DNA of 64,000 bases, from IMG/VR virus record IMGVR_UViG_3300033076_000783. One strand, written 5' to 3'. The first letter of the stretch is position 1; every line of letters starts with the position of its first letter. The notes beneath the pieces were generated by a model, which ran no database searches, was not told the DNA's origin, and saw nothing but the letters and a program-made list of their open reading frames with translations. Shown here in pieces: positions 25,930-36,052 of the stretch. A program made the position numbers and the translations under genes. Source of the DNA: a virus.

Positions 25930-26277
25930 TTAGGATAGATTATCTATTATAATAGGTTCATCACAGTGGGGACAATCCTTTAGTACAAGTAAATTATTCA
26001 TATGAAAACTCCACTTCTCTACTTGTGGTTTTTCCATGCTGGAGAGTTTTCTGAACCCATCCTGATTATCTACTTCACCATATATGTCATAGTACTTTCC
26101 CTTATACCTTGTGATGATATGATTCCCATTTGTGTATGGTATACAACCTTTATACATCTTACTTAAAAGGAGGTGAAACTTATAACAACCTCCTTTTGTA
26201 TAGATGTGATGAATATACCTATCAGTATTCCTTAGTTCATCTATGAAGTTTAGAATATTCATATTAATCCTTCCCAA
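25930..26277 (-). CDS. hypothetical protein
   Basis: 115-aa ORF, last gene of the long minus-strand block. Confidence 0.45.
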   Translation of the reverse strand: MGRINMNILNFIDELRNTDRYIHHIYTKGGCYKFHLLLSKMYKGCIPYTNGNHIITRYKGKYYDIYGEVDNQDGFRKLSSMEKPQVEKWSFHMNNLLVLKDCPHCDEPIIIDNLS

Positions 26278-27260
26278 TAGTCCATTTCTACTTCTGATTC
26301 TCCGGGTTCAGGTTTATATCTATCCAACCATTCATTCAACTCAATTCTTTCCCTATAACCCATATCCTCCCATGAATTCCATGGAGTTTTATTATCATGT
26401 GAATACTTAAAATTATTTACCGCAATTGCAATATCTATTGCCTCATCCAATTCTTTAATATGACCATCCATTTCCTTATATTCAAAGATTTTATTTTTGG
26501 TCTCCTTTGTTTCGATAATAACTTTAAATCCACCGAAACCAATATAATCTACATATGTTCTAACCTTTTCAATATTGATTGGGGTCATTAGATAGTTTGT
26601 TTGGGTATGATATGTACGGTATTCTATTCCGTCCTCCGTCTTCTCAACATCCCATTTATACTCTTGACTCTTATTAATCGGTTTATGAAATATAATTAAA
26701 TGAGAAAATCTCTTAACGTTATGTGAACAAAGATAATCCACAAAATGTAAGAAGTTTATATCATTTCTACCACAAAAGGATTTAACATTATCCCCCACGA
26801 TTTTTTCACCACAAACAAATAACATGTCATCAAATGTCATCTCCGTTTTATATCTAATATATAATAACCTGGAATGAATTCCCGCCAACCATTTACCCGA
26901 ATTCTTTATATCCTCAATGATTAAATCCAATTCCTTGAAAACAATCTGAACAAATATCTTTGATAACACATTCGAATACTTTACCTTAAAAAATGGTCCC
27001 TCTATCCCATCTACTTTTTTAACCACGGTTGCCGTCTTTTGGTCAAAATATAACCCCTGACATGTAAAATCACCACGATTAGACGATTTATTATCTGTTT
27101 TAACCATCCTATAAAAATAGTCCAAACATATTTCCTCCGCGGTAGAAGAATCAAAAGTTTTGTGGGCAACAAATTCTTTACCATATACCTCATGCAAATC
27201 AACCGTCTTAAAAAATTCTAACGGTTTCTTTAATCCAAATATTTTTTCGGGTAGTGCCAT
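26259..27260 (-). CDS. hypothetical protein
   Basis: 333-aa ORF; no domain recognised. Confidence 0.5.
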   Translation of the reverse strand: MALPEKIFGLKKPLEFFKTVDLHEVYGKEFVAHKTFDSSTAEEICLDYFYRMVKTDNKSSNRGDFTCQGLYFDQKTATVVKKVDGIEGPFFKVKYSNVLSKIFVQIVFKELDLIIEDIKNSGKWLAGIHSRLLYIRYKTEMTFDDMLFVCGEKIVGDNVKSFCGRNDINFLHFVDYLCSHNVKRFSHLIIFHKPINKSQEYKWDVEKTEDGIEYRTYHTQTNYLMTPINIEKVRTYVDYIGFGGFKVIIETKETKNKIFEYKEMDGHIKELDEAIDIAIAVNNFKYSHDNKTPWNSWEDMGYRERIELNEWLDRYKPEPGESEVEMDYWEGLI

Positions 27261-27424
27261 GTTGTTTAATTGTTTTATACCACAAATATATAATATATTT
27301 TAGTATATTCCAAAAAATAATGAATGAATATATGACCCACCGGAACCGGGTCTGAAATTAATACACAAAAATATTTGTCATTTAAAATATATTGTTTAAC
27401 TTTACATTATAAAACTTAAACAAA

Positions 27425-27607
27425 ATGAAAGGAATATCATACCGACCATTATCCGATATGCACACTGATGGTGTATACTTTGACAAAGATGAATTACTTC
27501 AGTTAGGTGACGAATCCTTATGTCAATACAGTGGATTACCCTCCGTACAATCCTATGTGGAAGAAGAAAAGAAAGAAGAATACTACTTAGAGTTAGGTCA
27601 CTCTTAA
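27425..27607 (+). CDS. hypothetical small acidic protein
   Basis: 60-aa ORF; lone plus-strand ORF in the minus block. Confidence 0.25.
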   Translation: MKGISYRPLSDMHTDGVYFDKDELLQLGDESLCQYSGLPSVQSYVEEEKKEEYYLELGHS

Positions 27608-27912
27608 AATAAACTCTGTAAAATAAACGATAGTTTATATCCCGTGAATGCCCCGAGAGCTGAGGGTATTGGGAACACGATTAACTTACCGAGGTCCGTA
27701 ATATACCTGGGTCTGTTCTGTATTCTACCTAACATATAGTAATAAGAAAGATAACCCACTAATACCATGACATCGACTCTGGTGGAGATGAATACCACAA
27801 TCGTCGCACCCAAGAATCCAAAGAAAAAGTTATCCCTTATACCTACCCAAACTTCCATAGGTGTTGCCTCGTTCCATTCCTTTACAATCTTCTGTAGTTT
27901 CTTTTTTGCCAT
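27604..27912 (-). CDS. small membrane protein
   Basis: 102 aa with two hydrophobic segments. Confidence 0.4.
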   Translation of the reverse strand: MAKKKLQKIVKEWNEATPMEVWVGIRDNFFFGFLGATIVVFISTRVDVMVLVGYLSYYYMLGRIQNRPRYITDLGKLIVFPIPSALGAFTGYKLSFILQSLF

Positions 27913-27918
27913 AATGTT

Positions 27919-28278
27919 TTATTGTTCCCTACTTAACATATACCTATGATATGTTTCCTCTATTATTACTTCGTGTAGTTGATCATCAATTGGGTCATAT
28001 GTGTTTAAATCCACACCCAAATCTATTAATACGTTTTCAAGACTAAGTCTATAATAACTTCTAATTTCACTAAACTCTGTTAACAAACCCTGACTAATAA
28101 ATTCTGTGGTTGTATTGTACACATCCAACACAATGTTGTAATGTTCGTAGTCATATCTTATTTCAAATAGTTCCTCATACCTATCATGAAGAATCCTATG
28201 ATATTCCCTTAGTAAAGTATTGTTGGAGATTAGTCTTATCTCCTCTGTTATCCCTCTGAAAAATTTGAAATTATCCAT
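27919..28278 (-). CDS. hypothetical protein
   Basis: 119-aa ORF. Confidence 0.4.
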   Translation of the reverse strand: MDNFKFFRGITEEIRLISNNTLLREYHRILHDRYEELFEIRYDYEHYNIVLDVYNTTTEFISQGLLTEFSEIRSYYRLSLENVLIDLGVDLNTYDPIDDQLHEVIIEETYHRYMLSREQ

Positions 28279-29674
28279 TTACCACCGTCGGATTCTCTTT
28301 ACCCTCTTTATACCACTTGGATGTTCTCTTATTACTTGCTTGTGTCTGAGCATCGGCCCATCTACAATTCCCTGGTTCGTAGTTACCGTCAGGATTGATT
28401 CTATCATTGGTTAAGTCCCACGATTCAGGAATCCCCATATCCTCAATGAAATTATATGGTGACTCCCTCCATCTCTCACATACTTCAATACCTCTTGCCC
28501 CATAATGTTTGTAACCTGGGTCCCTTTCATTATAACATCTATTCATCATTCCCTTCCACCTCTGATACATACGTCTTTGTTCCTCCGTCCCATGTAAATC
28601 CCAAGTCGAAGTGTGACTCTTACATCCACAAGACTTTACATAATGTAACAATATATCCTTATACCTATACGTTTCAACACTACCACAATCACATTCACAC
28701 TCCACCATCCTTTGAATATAATCCTTCCCATCTTTATCTGTGTAGTATACCTCAGACTCAACCTCCCTTACAATCTTTAAACTATGATACTTCTCCTTAT
28801 GAATCTCCTGTGATGAAAGTTTATCAATGGTTGTCTTGGTTATTAAACAACCACAATGATCAGGATTGGATTCGTGCATGAATCTTCTTAGTGTCATCTC
28901 CTCCACATGGTCACAACTATTACATTTAACCATCACATATCTTATGGTCGATAATACCCCACCATTTTTTGGATTAATCTTTGTTACCTTCTCCGTCTCT
29001 TCTAACAATACCAAATGACCTCTTGATTGTCCAATCTCAATATCAAATGAGTTTACCTCACTGGACTTCTCACGAGCGTAACAACCACAAGAGGTTGTCT
29101 TCCCACTTGTTAAATCTCCCACCCTTATTTTCTTTACAACACCACACTCACATTTACATTCCAATACTCTGGCAATTGAACCACCAGCCTTTCTTGCACC
29201 ATCCACTTCCCTAATAACTGTTAGTCTACCAAACACCTTCCCATCATATAGGATTTTTCCCTTTCTCTCACTGTTGTTTAACTTATTACATCCACACGAT
29301 TTCGAATTACCTGTTCTCAATGATACCAACGATAATTCTATTACGTTTCCACAATCACATTGTGCTCTTACCCATCTAGTAGATGCATTGAAAGTATTCC
29401 TTCTTCTTGGTAACTCCTCTAAGATGGTAAACTTATGATACCTATCACCTGGTTTAACCTCCACACTGGGTCCCTTTCTTCCTGTTTGACACCCACAAGA
29501 TTTAGTGTCCCCTCGGGAAACACATCCTATTCTTTTTTCTGTAACTTTACCACATGAACATTCGAACTCACCCATACGGGAAAATTTACCGTTGGATTCT
29601 ATTTTCGGTTCAGTCTCTTTAATGAAGGTTAACTCTCCGAAGATATCCCCCGGATTCATGATAATTTTGGCCAT
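28271..29674 (-). CDS. Cys-rich zinc-ribbon-repeat protein with C-terminal HNH-type nuclease-associated module
   Basis: Four or more repeats of C-x-C-G-x(14-18)-SCGC (for example CSCGKVTEKRIGCVSRGDTKSCGC). C-terminus MMNRCYNERDPGYKHYGARGIEVCERW...DRINPDGNYEPGNCRWA matches the phage HNH endonuclease-associated signature. Confidence 0.55.
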   Translation of the reverse strand: MAKIIMNPGDIFGELTFIKETEPKIESNGKFSRMGEFECSCGKVTEKRIGCVSRGDTKSCGCQTGRKGPSVEVKPGDRYHKFTILEELPRRRNTFNASTRWVRAQCDCGNVIELSLVSLRTGNSKSCGCNKLNNSERKGKILYDGKVFGRLTVIREVDGARKAGGSIARVLECKCECGVVKKIRVGDLTSGKTTSCGCYAREKSSEVNSFDIEIGQSRGHLVLLEETEKVTKINPKNGGVLSTIRYVMVKCNSCDHVEEMTLRRFMHESNPDHCGCLITKTTIDKLSSQEIHKEKYHSLKIVREVESEVYYTDKDGKDYIQRMVECECDCGSVETYRYKDILLHYVKSCGCKSHTSTWDLHGTEEQRRMYQRWKGMMNRCYNERDPGYKHYGARGIEVCERWRESPYNFIEDMGIPESWDLTNDRINPDGNYEPGNCRWADAQTQASNKRTSKWYKEGKENPTVVNG

Positions 29675-29737
29675 AAAAAAATCGTATATGAAAATAATAT
29701 ACGATTTTATTTTGATAAAAACAAGTAGGCTCGAACG

Positions 29738-30472
29738 TTATTTTTTAATCGATAATTGAATGTTAGTTATGTTAAAATGTTTTAATAGTTTGTTCACATT
29801 CTTTACCTTCACCTCATTATTATTACCCGTAAAAATAAAATGATTCTCATATGGTTTTAGTTGTGCTGGGTTGGCACTTGGATTTCTCTCCGATAACTCC
29901 TTTAAATTCTTTGTTACCCTTATCTCTTTCTCCATCACCTTGTCCCATCCAACAACATCAGCAATTAGTTTGTGGACCAACATATAAGTTTCTGTTGAAT
30001 TCTCTTGTGAAATATCCTCACCATTATGGATTAATGATAGTCTAGTCTTAGAGTTTCTAAATGTATTGATGATTTTTGCCTTATCAATATCATTAATATC
30101 GGTATCTTGTTTGATATCCTCAGTTAAATCTATCTCAGTAGTGTTGGGTAGATTTTTAATTAATTTATCTATTCGATTATATAATACTTCTTCATCGTCA
30201 ACATAAAACCATTCAGTTCTTTTCTTTTTCTTATCGTCATATACCATAACGATTCTATAATCCTCGAAACATGTGTGAAGAATGGCTTCGGTCGACGCCA
30301 TGTTATCAGTTCCAAATACTCTAACCAATAAGACATCGAACGGCATGTTGGTTGAGTTAAGTTGTTTCTCCCTAATGGAGTATTGTTTTGATTTACCTAA
30401 TTTATAATATCCTTCTAAAAATTCATTCTTGTGGTTTAGTAATCTAGCAACGTAAACGTACTGTTCATTCAT
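29738..30472 (-). CDS. T5orf172 (GIY-YIG-like) domain protein
   Basis: YYKLGKSKQYSIREKQL...AILHTCFEDYRI...EWFYV pattern of the T5orf172/MUG113 family. Confidence 0.5.
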   Translation of the reverse strand: MNEQYVYVARLLNHKNEFLEGYYKLGKSKQYSIREKQLNSTNMPFDVLLVRVFGTDNMASTEAILHTCFEDYRIVMVYDDKKKKRTEWFYVDDEEVLYNRIDKLIKNLPNTTEIDLTEDIKQDTDINDIDKAKIINTFRNSKTRLSLIHNGEDISQENSTETYMLVHKLIADVVGWDKVMEKEIRVTKNLKELSERNPSANPAQLKPYENHFIFTGNNNEVKVKNVNKLLKHFNITNIQLSIKK

Positions 30473-31026
30473 ATTAAATTTAAATTATTCCTATATCTTT
30501 TATCATTATTAAACATATCCAAATATCTTGCTTCGTCTATCTTAAATTTATCCATTACTCTATAGAGATCTTGATTTGTTTTATACAAACCTTCATATGT
30601 AATTTGAAAAGAGTCTTTGATGTTTCTAGTGTAATCACTCATCAATCTTAATACCACACAATCCATTTCGATTGCTTCGGAATTATCCTCAATCCATTTA
30701 TTATCTATATTATATGGTTTAATGAAATTATTTGTTTGTTTTGCCTTTGCGAAACTAATTGCACTATCCATAACATCTACTCTAGTTAGTCCAATGATTA
30801 CATCAAACCTTTCAAATAGTTCTTCATCAAAAAGTACATTCTCCCACTCCCTCGGAACTACTTTAACAACTACATTGTCCATAGTCATTACATGTTCCAT
30901 ATTAAAAATTTGTGCGTGGTTAGGATTAAATGGTTCGTGAACCCAACGATAGTTAAGTTCATCACTTAACCATCTAGAGAATGTTCTCCCTCCTGTCCTT
31001 GCTGGTGCGACAACTAATATTCTCAT
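30469..31026 (-). CDS. P-loop protein, sulfotransferase-like (putative PAPS-binding 5'-PSB and 3'-PB motifs)
   Basis: VVAPARTGGRTFSRWL resembles PKSGTTW. LTRVDVMDSAIS resembles the RxxxDxxxS 3'-PB motif. Tentative. Confidence 0.3.
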   Translation of the reverse strand: MRILVVAPARTGGRTFSRWLSDELNYRWVHEPFNPNHAQIFNMEHVMTMDNVVVKVVPREWENVLFDEELFERFDVIIGLTRVDVMDSAISFAKAKQTNNFIKPYNIDNKWIEDNSEAIEMDCVVLRLMSDYTRNIKDSFQITYEGLYKTNQDLYRVMDKFKIDEARYLDMFNNDKRYRNNLNLI

Positions 31027-31340
31027 TACCCCGCTTCACATGTTTGGTGGTTATAGTCTTCGACTACTTCTTCAATATATGGTTGGTCACCTAACTTCTC
31101 AATAACAATATTGATTGCTTCGGGATAATGTGTGTCACCACCTCGAAAGTATATACCCACTAATCCTAACACCTCATTGTTAATGTAGTGACGATTCTTA
31201 CCTTTACCATTCACAATCTCGTGATCCATTGAAACATCATTCCAATCTTCCAACACACATTCGTGACCACCTTTGATTTTGTAATGTAATCTCACAATAT
31301 TATTGTGAGAGAACTGTTTGATGAATTCTCCTAATTTCAT
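31026..31340 (-). CDS. hypothetical protein
   Basis: 104-aa ORF. Confidence 0.4.
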   Translation of the reverse strand: MKLGEFIKQFSHNNIVRLHYKIKGGHECVLEDWNDVSMDHEIVNGKGKNRHYINNEVLGLVGIYFRGGDTHYPEAINIVIEKLGDQPYIEEVVEDYNHQTCEAG

Positions 31341-31498
31341 ATTATAATTTTAATCGGTTACGTCAACGTGAAAGAATAATGAATCAAATTTCGAATGGGC
31401 CATAAAACGTGTTCCATCTTTACATTCATAAAGATTAACATCTCTACCATTCACAATGTCTGTGAATCTATACTCTATGAACTTTGCAAATAATCTTT

Positions 31499-31747
31499 TC
31501 ATTTTTTCTCTTCTTCTCTTTCATATATTAATGTGTAGTCACCATTAATACATACGTTTCTTTTTTCTACATCCCTGAAGTAAATGGTGTTTCCCGTTAC
31601 TTGGAATTCATTACAATAATATATCTTATTTGCTGCATAAATTGTATACTTTGCGGGTTTTTCTGAGAAAAATAATGATACGATTTTGATAAACACAAAA
31701 AAGATTGCAATAACCATTACTGGTATTAACATTTTTCTTACGAACAT
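31499..31747 (-). CDS. small membrane protein
   Basis: 82 aa with an N-terminal hydrophobic helix. Confidence 0.35.
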   Translation of the reverse strand: MFVRKMLIPVMVIAIFFVFIKIVSLFFSEKPAKYTIYAANKIYYCNEFQVTGNTIYFRDVEKRNVCINGDYTLIYEREEEKK

Positions 31748-31773
31748 GATTTTTTTGTTAAATGTTTCTGAAA

Positions 31774-31962
31774 TTAACCAAATATTTGCAACATCTCAAT
31801 GTGTCTTTCAACCACCTCAAGTGTCACCTCTTCTTCAGATAGAACTCTGAAAGGTCTCTCGGGAAATGATTCCGATGTTACCTTATAATGTTTAAGGGAA
31901 CCGTCTTCATCTAAAACCTCTTCAATTTGGACTGTATGTTGTCCTAATGTCTTTTGTGTCAT
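31774..31962 (-). CDS. hypothetical protein
   Basis: 62-aa ORF. Confidence 0.35.
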   Translation of the reverse strand: MTQKTLGQHTVQIEEVLDEDGSLKHYKVTSESFPERPFRVLSEEEVTLEVVERHIEMLQIFG

Positions 31963-31973
31963 AATAATAAATA

Positions 31974-32639
31974 TTAGTAAAACTTTCTTAATACTTCAAT
32001 AACATCCCAAGCATCTTCCAATGCGTTATGGGTAACAATACCGGTTACACCTGAACGTTCTTTACATTGTGTTAAGTTTGGTAAAGAAGTGTCATTCTTC
32101 CAATCAACACACAGAATTGCGGGATCCAATACTCTTTGACGAGTACGAATTAACTTTTGCCACCAGGGTAGTTCTTGTAAGAATAACTTATCGAATGTTC
32201 CAAAGTTTTTACCTGCAACATTTAATGTGATGGGTTTGGTACCGTTATTAATTGCTGGTCTCATATATCCATCGTTCATTGTGATATAACCACCGCTATT
32301 ATTTGGTTGGAAATATCCATTGGACTCTAACCACCAATAAAACTCTTTAACGATTTCATCCTTCTCATAAAAACTATAATCAGAATGTGTCTGAAGATTT
32401 TGTCTAGTCTCATCGTCACCCTCAAGATATAATCCAATCATTGAAATTAAGTCTTTATTCATTGTGATGGCACGTGGTGAACCAACAATCTCTCTTTGAA
32501 GAATTACTCCGTTGAACTTAGGACATTCTTCATATGGTAATTTTTTCTCGGTGTCCTCAATGATGGCACCAATTGAAAGTACACAATTCTTTTCGTGGTC
32601 TAATCCACTTGTCTCGATGTCTATTGAAACATAAATCAT
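31974..32639 (-). CDS. DnaQ-like 3'-5' exonuclease (DEDDh family)
   Basis: Exo I motif VSIDIETSGLD. Exo III motif HNALEDAWDV. Confidence 0.6.
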   Translation of the reverse strand: MIYVSIDIETSGLDHEKNCVLSIGAIIEDTEKKLPYEECPKFNGVILQREIVGSPRAITMNKDLISMIGLYLEGDDETRQNLQTHSDYSFYEKDEIVKEFYWWLESNGYFQPNNSGGYITMNDGYMRPAINNGTKPITLNVAGKNFGTFDKLFLQELPWWQKLIRTRQRVLDPAILCVDWKNDTSLPNLTQCKERSGVTGIVTHNALEDAWDVIEVLRKFY

Positions 32640-32649
32640 ATATTATAGT

Positions 32650-32907
32650 TTAAGGTTTAATTTTTTTGTATTGAACAATCGGTACATCTTCACCATACAT
32701 TTGTTTGTAGATGAATAACTCCGCAGAATTTACATCAACAAACATCTCCCTATCAAAATCTTCCCATTCAAATAATGTTCTTTTCTGTGGGAAATAATAT
32801 TTCTGTTCACCACTCGTTATGATTTTTAATCTGTAACTTGTGCAAGATTGTAATGTTAATACTCCCATCAACATCACCAACAAGAAATGTTTTATGTTAT
32901 TCTTCAT
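32650..32907 (-). CDS. putative lipoprotein
   Basis: Signal peptide with LTLQSC lipobox. Confidence 0.4.
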   Translation of the reverse strand: MKNNIKHFLLVMLMGVLTLQSCTSYRLKIITSGEQKYYFPQKRTLFEWEDFDREMFVDVNSAELFIYKQMYGEDVPIVQYKKIKP

Positions 32908-33075
32908 CTTCTTTTTTAGACAACATTAAGAACCAACCAAACAACAGTAAAGTTGTTATCCATCTGTATGCCTCAATTGGCTCATTGTATTTAAATTCTT
33001 TTGTTATATACACACCTAACAAAATCGCCAAACCATATGACAATAACGTAGCAACCTTTTTCATTTTAATTAAAT

Positions 33076-33588
33076 TTAAAGTTTGATATAACTGATTCCA
33101 CCTTGAGTTCCTTTCAGTGGATCACTATACTTTCTTTCCGCAACATCTCTAGGTATCATCTTACCATTCTTATGAAACAATGCCCACTTCCACTCTTTGT
33201 TAGGTCTGTAACCTGGTCCCTTCCAATGGTGATGAACACTCTTCTCATATTTTTCTAATTTGGTAATTGTTGCCTCTAATACGTAATCATCCGCAATTTC
33301 TAAATAAACCATACCTTCATAAATCTTATCTCTCTTAGGACAATTATACATAACAGCATAACCACAACCTTTAGAGATATCTAAGTCTTCATTACTACGA
33401 CCACTAATCACAATTGCAAGTTGGTCGTGAGTAACCTCAACTTTTTTCTTAGTAACTTTAGGTAGAACTTCAACCAATTTAGAAATGTTACCTCTGTGTG
33501 CTCTCAAGGCATCTTGTCTGGTTTCATACAACTGTGGTGATGTTGAACCATTTAACAACACGACTTGATAAAGTTTTTCTTGTATCAT
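33076..33588 (-). CDS. hypothetical protein
   Basis: 170-aa ORF. Confidence 0.45.
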   Translation of the reverse strand: MIQEKLYQVVLLNGSTSPQLYETRQDALRAHRGNISKLVEVLPKVTKKKVEVTHDQLAIVISGRSNEDLDISKGCGYAVMYNCPKRDKIYEGMVYLEIADDYVLEATITKLEKYEKSVHHHWKGPGYRPNKEWKWALFHKNGKMIPRDVAERKYSDPLKGTQGGISYIKL

Positions 33589-33594
33589 GATATT

Positions 33595-34047
33595 TTATTT
33601 TAAAAGTGTAACTTTCACGTTTGATAATTTAATCGGACTCCTTTCTTCACCAACCAAGACGTCAATTCTTTTACGATGTCTTTTATTCATAACGTCTTTA
33701 ATAGTGTAAACACCATTGTATCTTCCTGCACCTTTTATTCTTACTTTCTTATTGAATTTCCAACCTCTTCTTTTAAGATCCCTTGAGACTGCAATGATTT
33801 TATGTTTACCAGGATTATTTTTATCAATTTTAAAACCTGATGCCGTTATGTTTGGCGTTGAATCTGTTTCAGATTCTGAAGGTGAATATGTCGTCAATGT
33901 TACAACTTCAGATGGTAATTCGTACACCTTCTTTTCTTCAATTTTTGGTTCGGGTAAAAAGTTTAAATTGTCACCCATACTTCCATTATTGATTGATAAT
34001 GGTAAGAAAACCAGAAATAAATTAATTATTCTCATACGATTTTTCAT
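33595..34047 (-). CDS. secreted 3D-domain protein (MltA-like cell-wall-binding / lytic fold)
   Basis: Signal peptide. NITASGF...IIAVSRDL...VRIKGAGRYNGVYTIKDVMNKRHRKRIDVLV matches the 3D domain. Confidence 0.5.
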   Translation of the reverse strand: MKNRMRIINLFLVFLPLSINNGSMGDNLNFLPEPKIEEKKVYELPSEVVTLTTYSPSESETDSTPNITASGFKIDKNNPGKHKIIAVSRDLKRRGWKFNKKVRIKGAGRYNGVYTIKDVMNKRHRKRIDVLVGEERSPIKLSNVKVTLLK

Positions 34048-34110
34048 TTATTTACTAGATTACAATACAAAGATAACGAATTTTTTTTGATATTCCAAAA
34101 AAAATCGCGA
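34048..34110 (-). promoter_or_regulatory. Bacteroidetes-type promoter (minus strand)
   Basis: Reverse complement reads TTTTGGAATATCAAAAAAAATTCGTTATCTTTGTATTG (TTTGG...TATCTTTG). Confidence 0.5.
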
Positions 34111-34111
34111 T

Positions 34112-34144
34112 AAAAAAACCCCGAGAGTTTCGGGGTTATATTTT
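34112..34144 (-). terminator. Intrinsic terminator
   Basis: aaaaaaaCCCCGAgagtttCGGGGttatatttt. Confidence 0.55.
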
Positions 34145-34158
34145 GGGGGAATTAGTGT

Positions 34159-34458
34159 TTATTTTTGTTTGGGTTTTCTACCTTTTTTTGGTTTACCCGC
34201 CGCCGCGTCGGCTACTTCATTAACTTCTTTAACTACTTTTTTTGCTACTTTTGCAACGTCTTTTACTTCTTTTGCTACGTTTTTCGCTCTTTTCTTAACC
34301 TCAACGATTACTTCTTTAGCTTCCTCAATTTTTTCTTCTACTTTATCGGGGATACCATTCTTATCTTCGTCTTTAAATAGATTTAAGTATTTGGTTGCAA
34401 CGAATACTCCGATTGCCCCCACTGCGATTACAATTAAAATAATTAACGATGTTTCCAT
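34159..34458 (-). CDS. membrane-anchored K/E-rich low-complexity protein
   Basis: N-terminal TM (LIILIVIAVGAIGVFVA) then VKEVKDVAKVAKKVVKEV repeats. Opposite-strand ORFs here are low-complexity artefacts. Confidence 0.4.
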   Translation of the reverse strand: METSLIILIVIAVGAIGVFVATKYLNLFKDEDKNGIPDKVEEKIEEAKEVIVEVKKRAKNVAKEVKDVAKVAKKVVKEVNEVADAAAGKPKKGRKPKQK

Positions 34459-34684
34459 ATATTATATTTTTATATAAATATACGAAAAAATGGTTAAAGT
34501 TCCAAATCCTAACCAACAAACATCTCCTCGACAAGTTTGTCCCCCTTAAATTCTTTTCTAACCAAGTAACAATCCAACTCCGAAGATCTTAGTGATTTCA
34601 CCTTTTTTTCCGCCTGTTCGAGTGATTCACATTCGATAATCTCTTCCCCGTTTACTACCTCGTATTTATATTTTATTTTGATTT

Positions 34685-35230
34685 TCACGACTTATATAAT
34701 CTTAAATTGTTATAGTATGCTACCGAATTTTCTTCTGCAATTAATCCATATTCATTTTTAACATTATCATAAATGGTTTCGGTGTTCTCATTTATGTATT
34801 TTGAAATAATGTTAACAAATCCGTAATTTGATTCGTCGACAACTTCTTGTGGTGTACCAGGTAAACCACAGTAACTCGCCTCACCAACCTCACTGATGAA
34901 CATCCCACTATAAAACCCCTTCAATTGATATTGATTAACGAATCTATCGGCGTTACACCAAATAAACACATTATCGGTTTTCTTTTCTAAATGTGGAACA
35001 AGTGATTGGTCAATGATGTACCCATTTGAAGTATCAAATCGACCAACTGAGAATAGTCCGAATGGTGAACCGTGCCCCATCATCATAATTCTATCGTGAG
35101 ATTCAATTAAATCAACTAACTCTTTTTTAGAAATCCCACCAGTGATTATGGTTTTGTTTTCTATTGTTTGATAAACGATATCCAAAAAGGATGTCGATTC
35201 ATCTTTCGGATGTATAATTAATGTTTTCAT
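34685..35230 (-). CDS. hypothetical protein
   Basis: 181-aa ORF. Confidence 0.45.
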   Translation of the reverse strand: MKTLIIHPKDESTSFLDIVYQTIENKTIITGGISKKELVDLIESHDRIMMMGHGSPFGLFSVGRFDTSNGYIIDQSLVPHLEKKTDNVFIWCNADRFVNQYQLKGFYSGMFISEVGEASYCGLPGTPQEVVDESNYGFVNIISKYINENTETIYDNVKNEYGLIAEENSVAYYNNLRLYKS

Positions 35231-35281
35231 ACCACAAAGATAATAATATTTTTGAATATACCAAAAAAATTCTAGTATTTT

Positions 35282-36052
35282 TTAAATAATTTGTTTTGTA
35301 TTGATTTTCAAATAGTTAGTGATATAATCATAAAACAAATTTGCTTGAACTTGGTGTCCTGATTCTCCCATATGACCACCATCATGAATAGTAAAATTTG
35401 TTTCCTCCTCAATCGTTTTTCCGCCATGTTTTTTTATGACGTCAAACAGAGTTCTAACTTTATCATGGTGTATGTTAAGTGGTGGTATTTTAACTATTTC
35501 ATCATTTAAAATATATTTGTCATTAAGTAATTCTTTATTCGGTAAACAATTGATAATATCAACATCTGCTGACCAAAAAAATAAATGAAACTTTTTTACT
35601 GATGCATATTCCAATAAGAGTTTTTGATATGAATATATTTCATCAATTTGAATTTGGTGGATTCGGTTTGATGCAATGGCCTCTCTAACATTTTCATCTA
35701 TGTACCTTCCGTCAGTTTTGGATAATGAGAATCTTCTCCATCGATATTCGAAAAGATCGTCATCCCAAGTGACCCATCTGAATCTATGATTAAATGTCCA
35801 ATTAACTATCACAATGTCACCAAAACCAAACTCGTGTGATTTTTCACATATTGTATTGAATATTTCGGGATTAGACATACCAGCAACCGCGTTATTGAGT
35901 ACATTCATATTCAATTTGATTGACAATATATCGGACCAAGGTAACGGTAAATCGGTACCACGATATTCTCTCCATTCTTTATATGGTGGGAAAGTTGTAT
36001 CAAGTAAATGACCTTGTGTGTAACTATCCCCAAACAAATGTAAACGAGTCAT
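35282..36052 (-). CDS. SGNH/GDSL-like hydrolase family protein (paralog 3)
   Basis: HLFGDSYTQGHLLD N-terminus and LPWSDILSIKLNMNVLNNAVAGMSNPEIF, aligned to the ORFs at 5614 and 36052. Confidence 0.45.
   Translation of the reverse strand: MTRLHLFGDSYTQGHLLDTTFPPYKEWREYRGTDLPLPWSDILSIKLNMNVLNNAVAGMSNPEIFNTICEKSHEFGFGDIVIVNWTFNHRFRWVTWDDDLFEYRWRRFSLSKTDGRYIDENVREAIASNRIHQIQIDEIYSYQKLLLEYASVKKFHLFFWSADVDIINCLPNKELLNDKYILNDEIVKIPPLNIHHDKVRTLFDVIKKHGGKTIEEETNFTIHDGGHMGESGHQVQANLFYDYITNYLKINTKQII

Noticed and set aside
28456-29214. Plus-strand ORFs 28456-28881 and 28981-29214, inside the Cys-repeat/HNH gene
   Set aside because: Antisense to a 467-aa CDS with clear internal repeat structure and motifs; their composition is an artefact of its repeats.
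28271-30472. HNH plus T5orf172 considered as a bounded mobile element (homing cassette)
   Set aside because: No flanking direct or inverted repeats, intein or intron boundaries could be identified from sequence alone. They are kept as ordinary CDSs, with a note in the findings.
34165-34477. Plus-strand ORFs 34165-34380 and 34169-34477
   Set aside because: Low-complexity (F/Y/T-rich) translations opposite a K/E-rich membrane-anchored ORF. The minus-strand ORF fits the block orientation and has a terminator on its strand.
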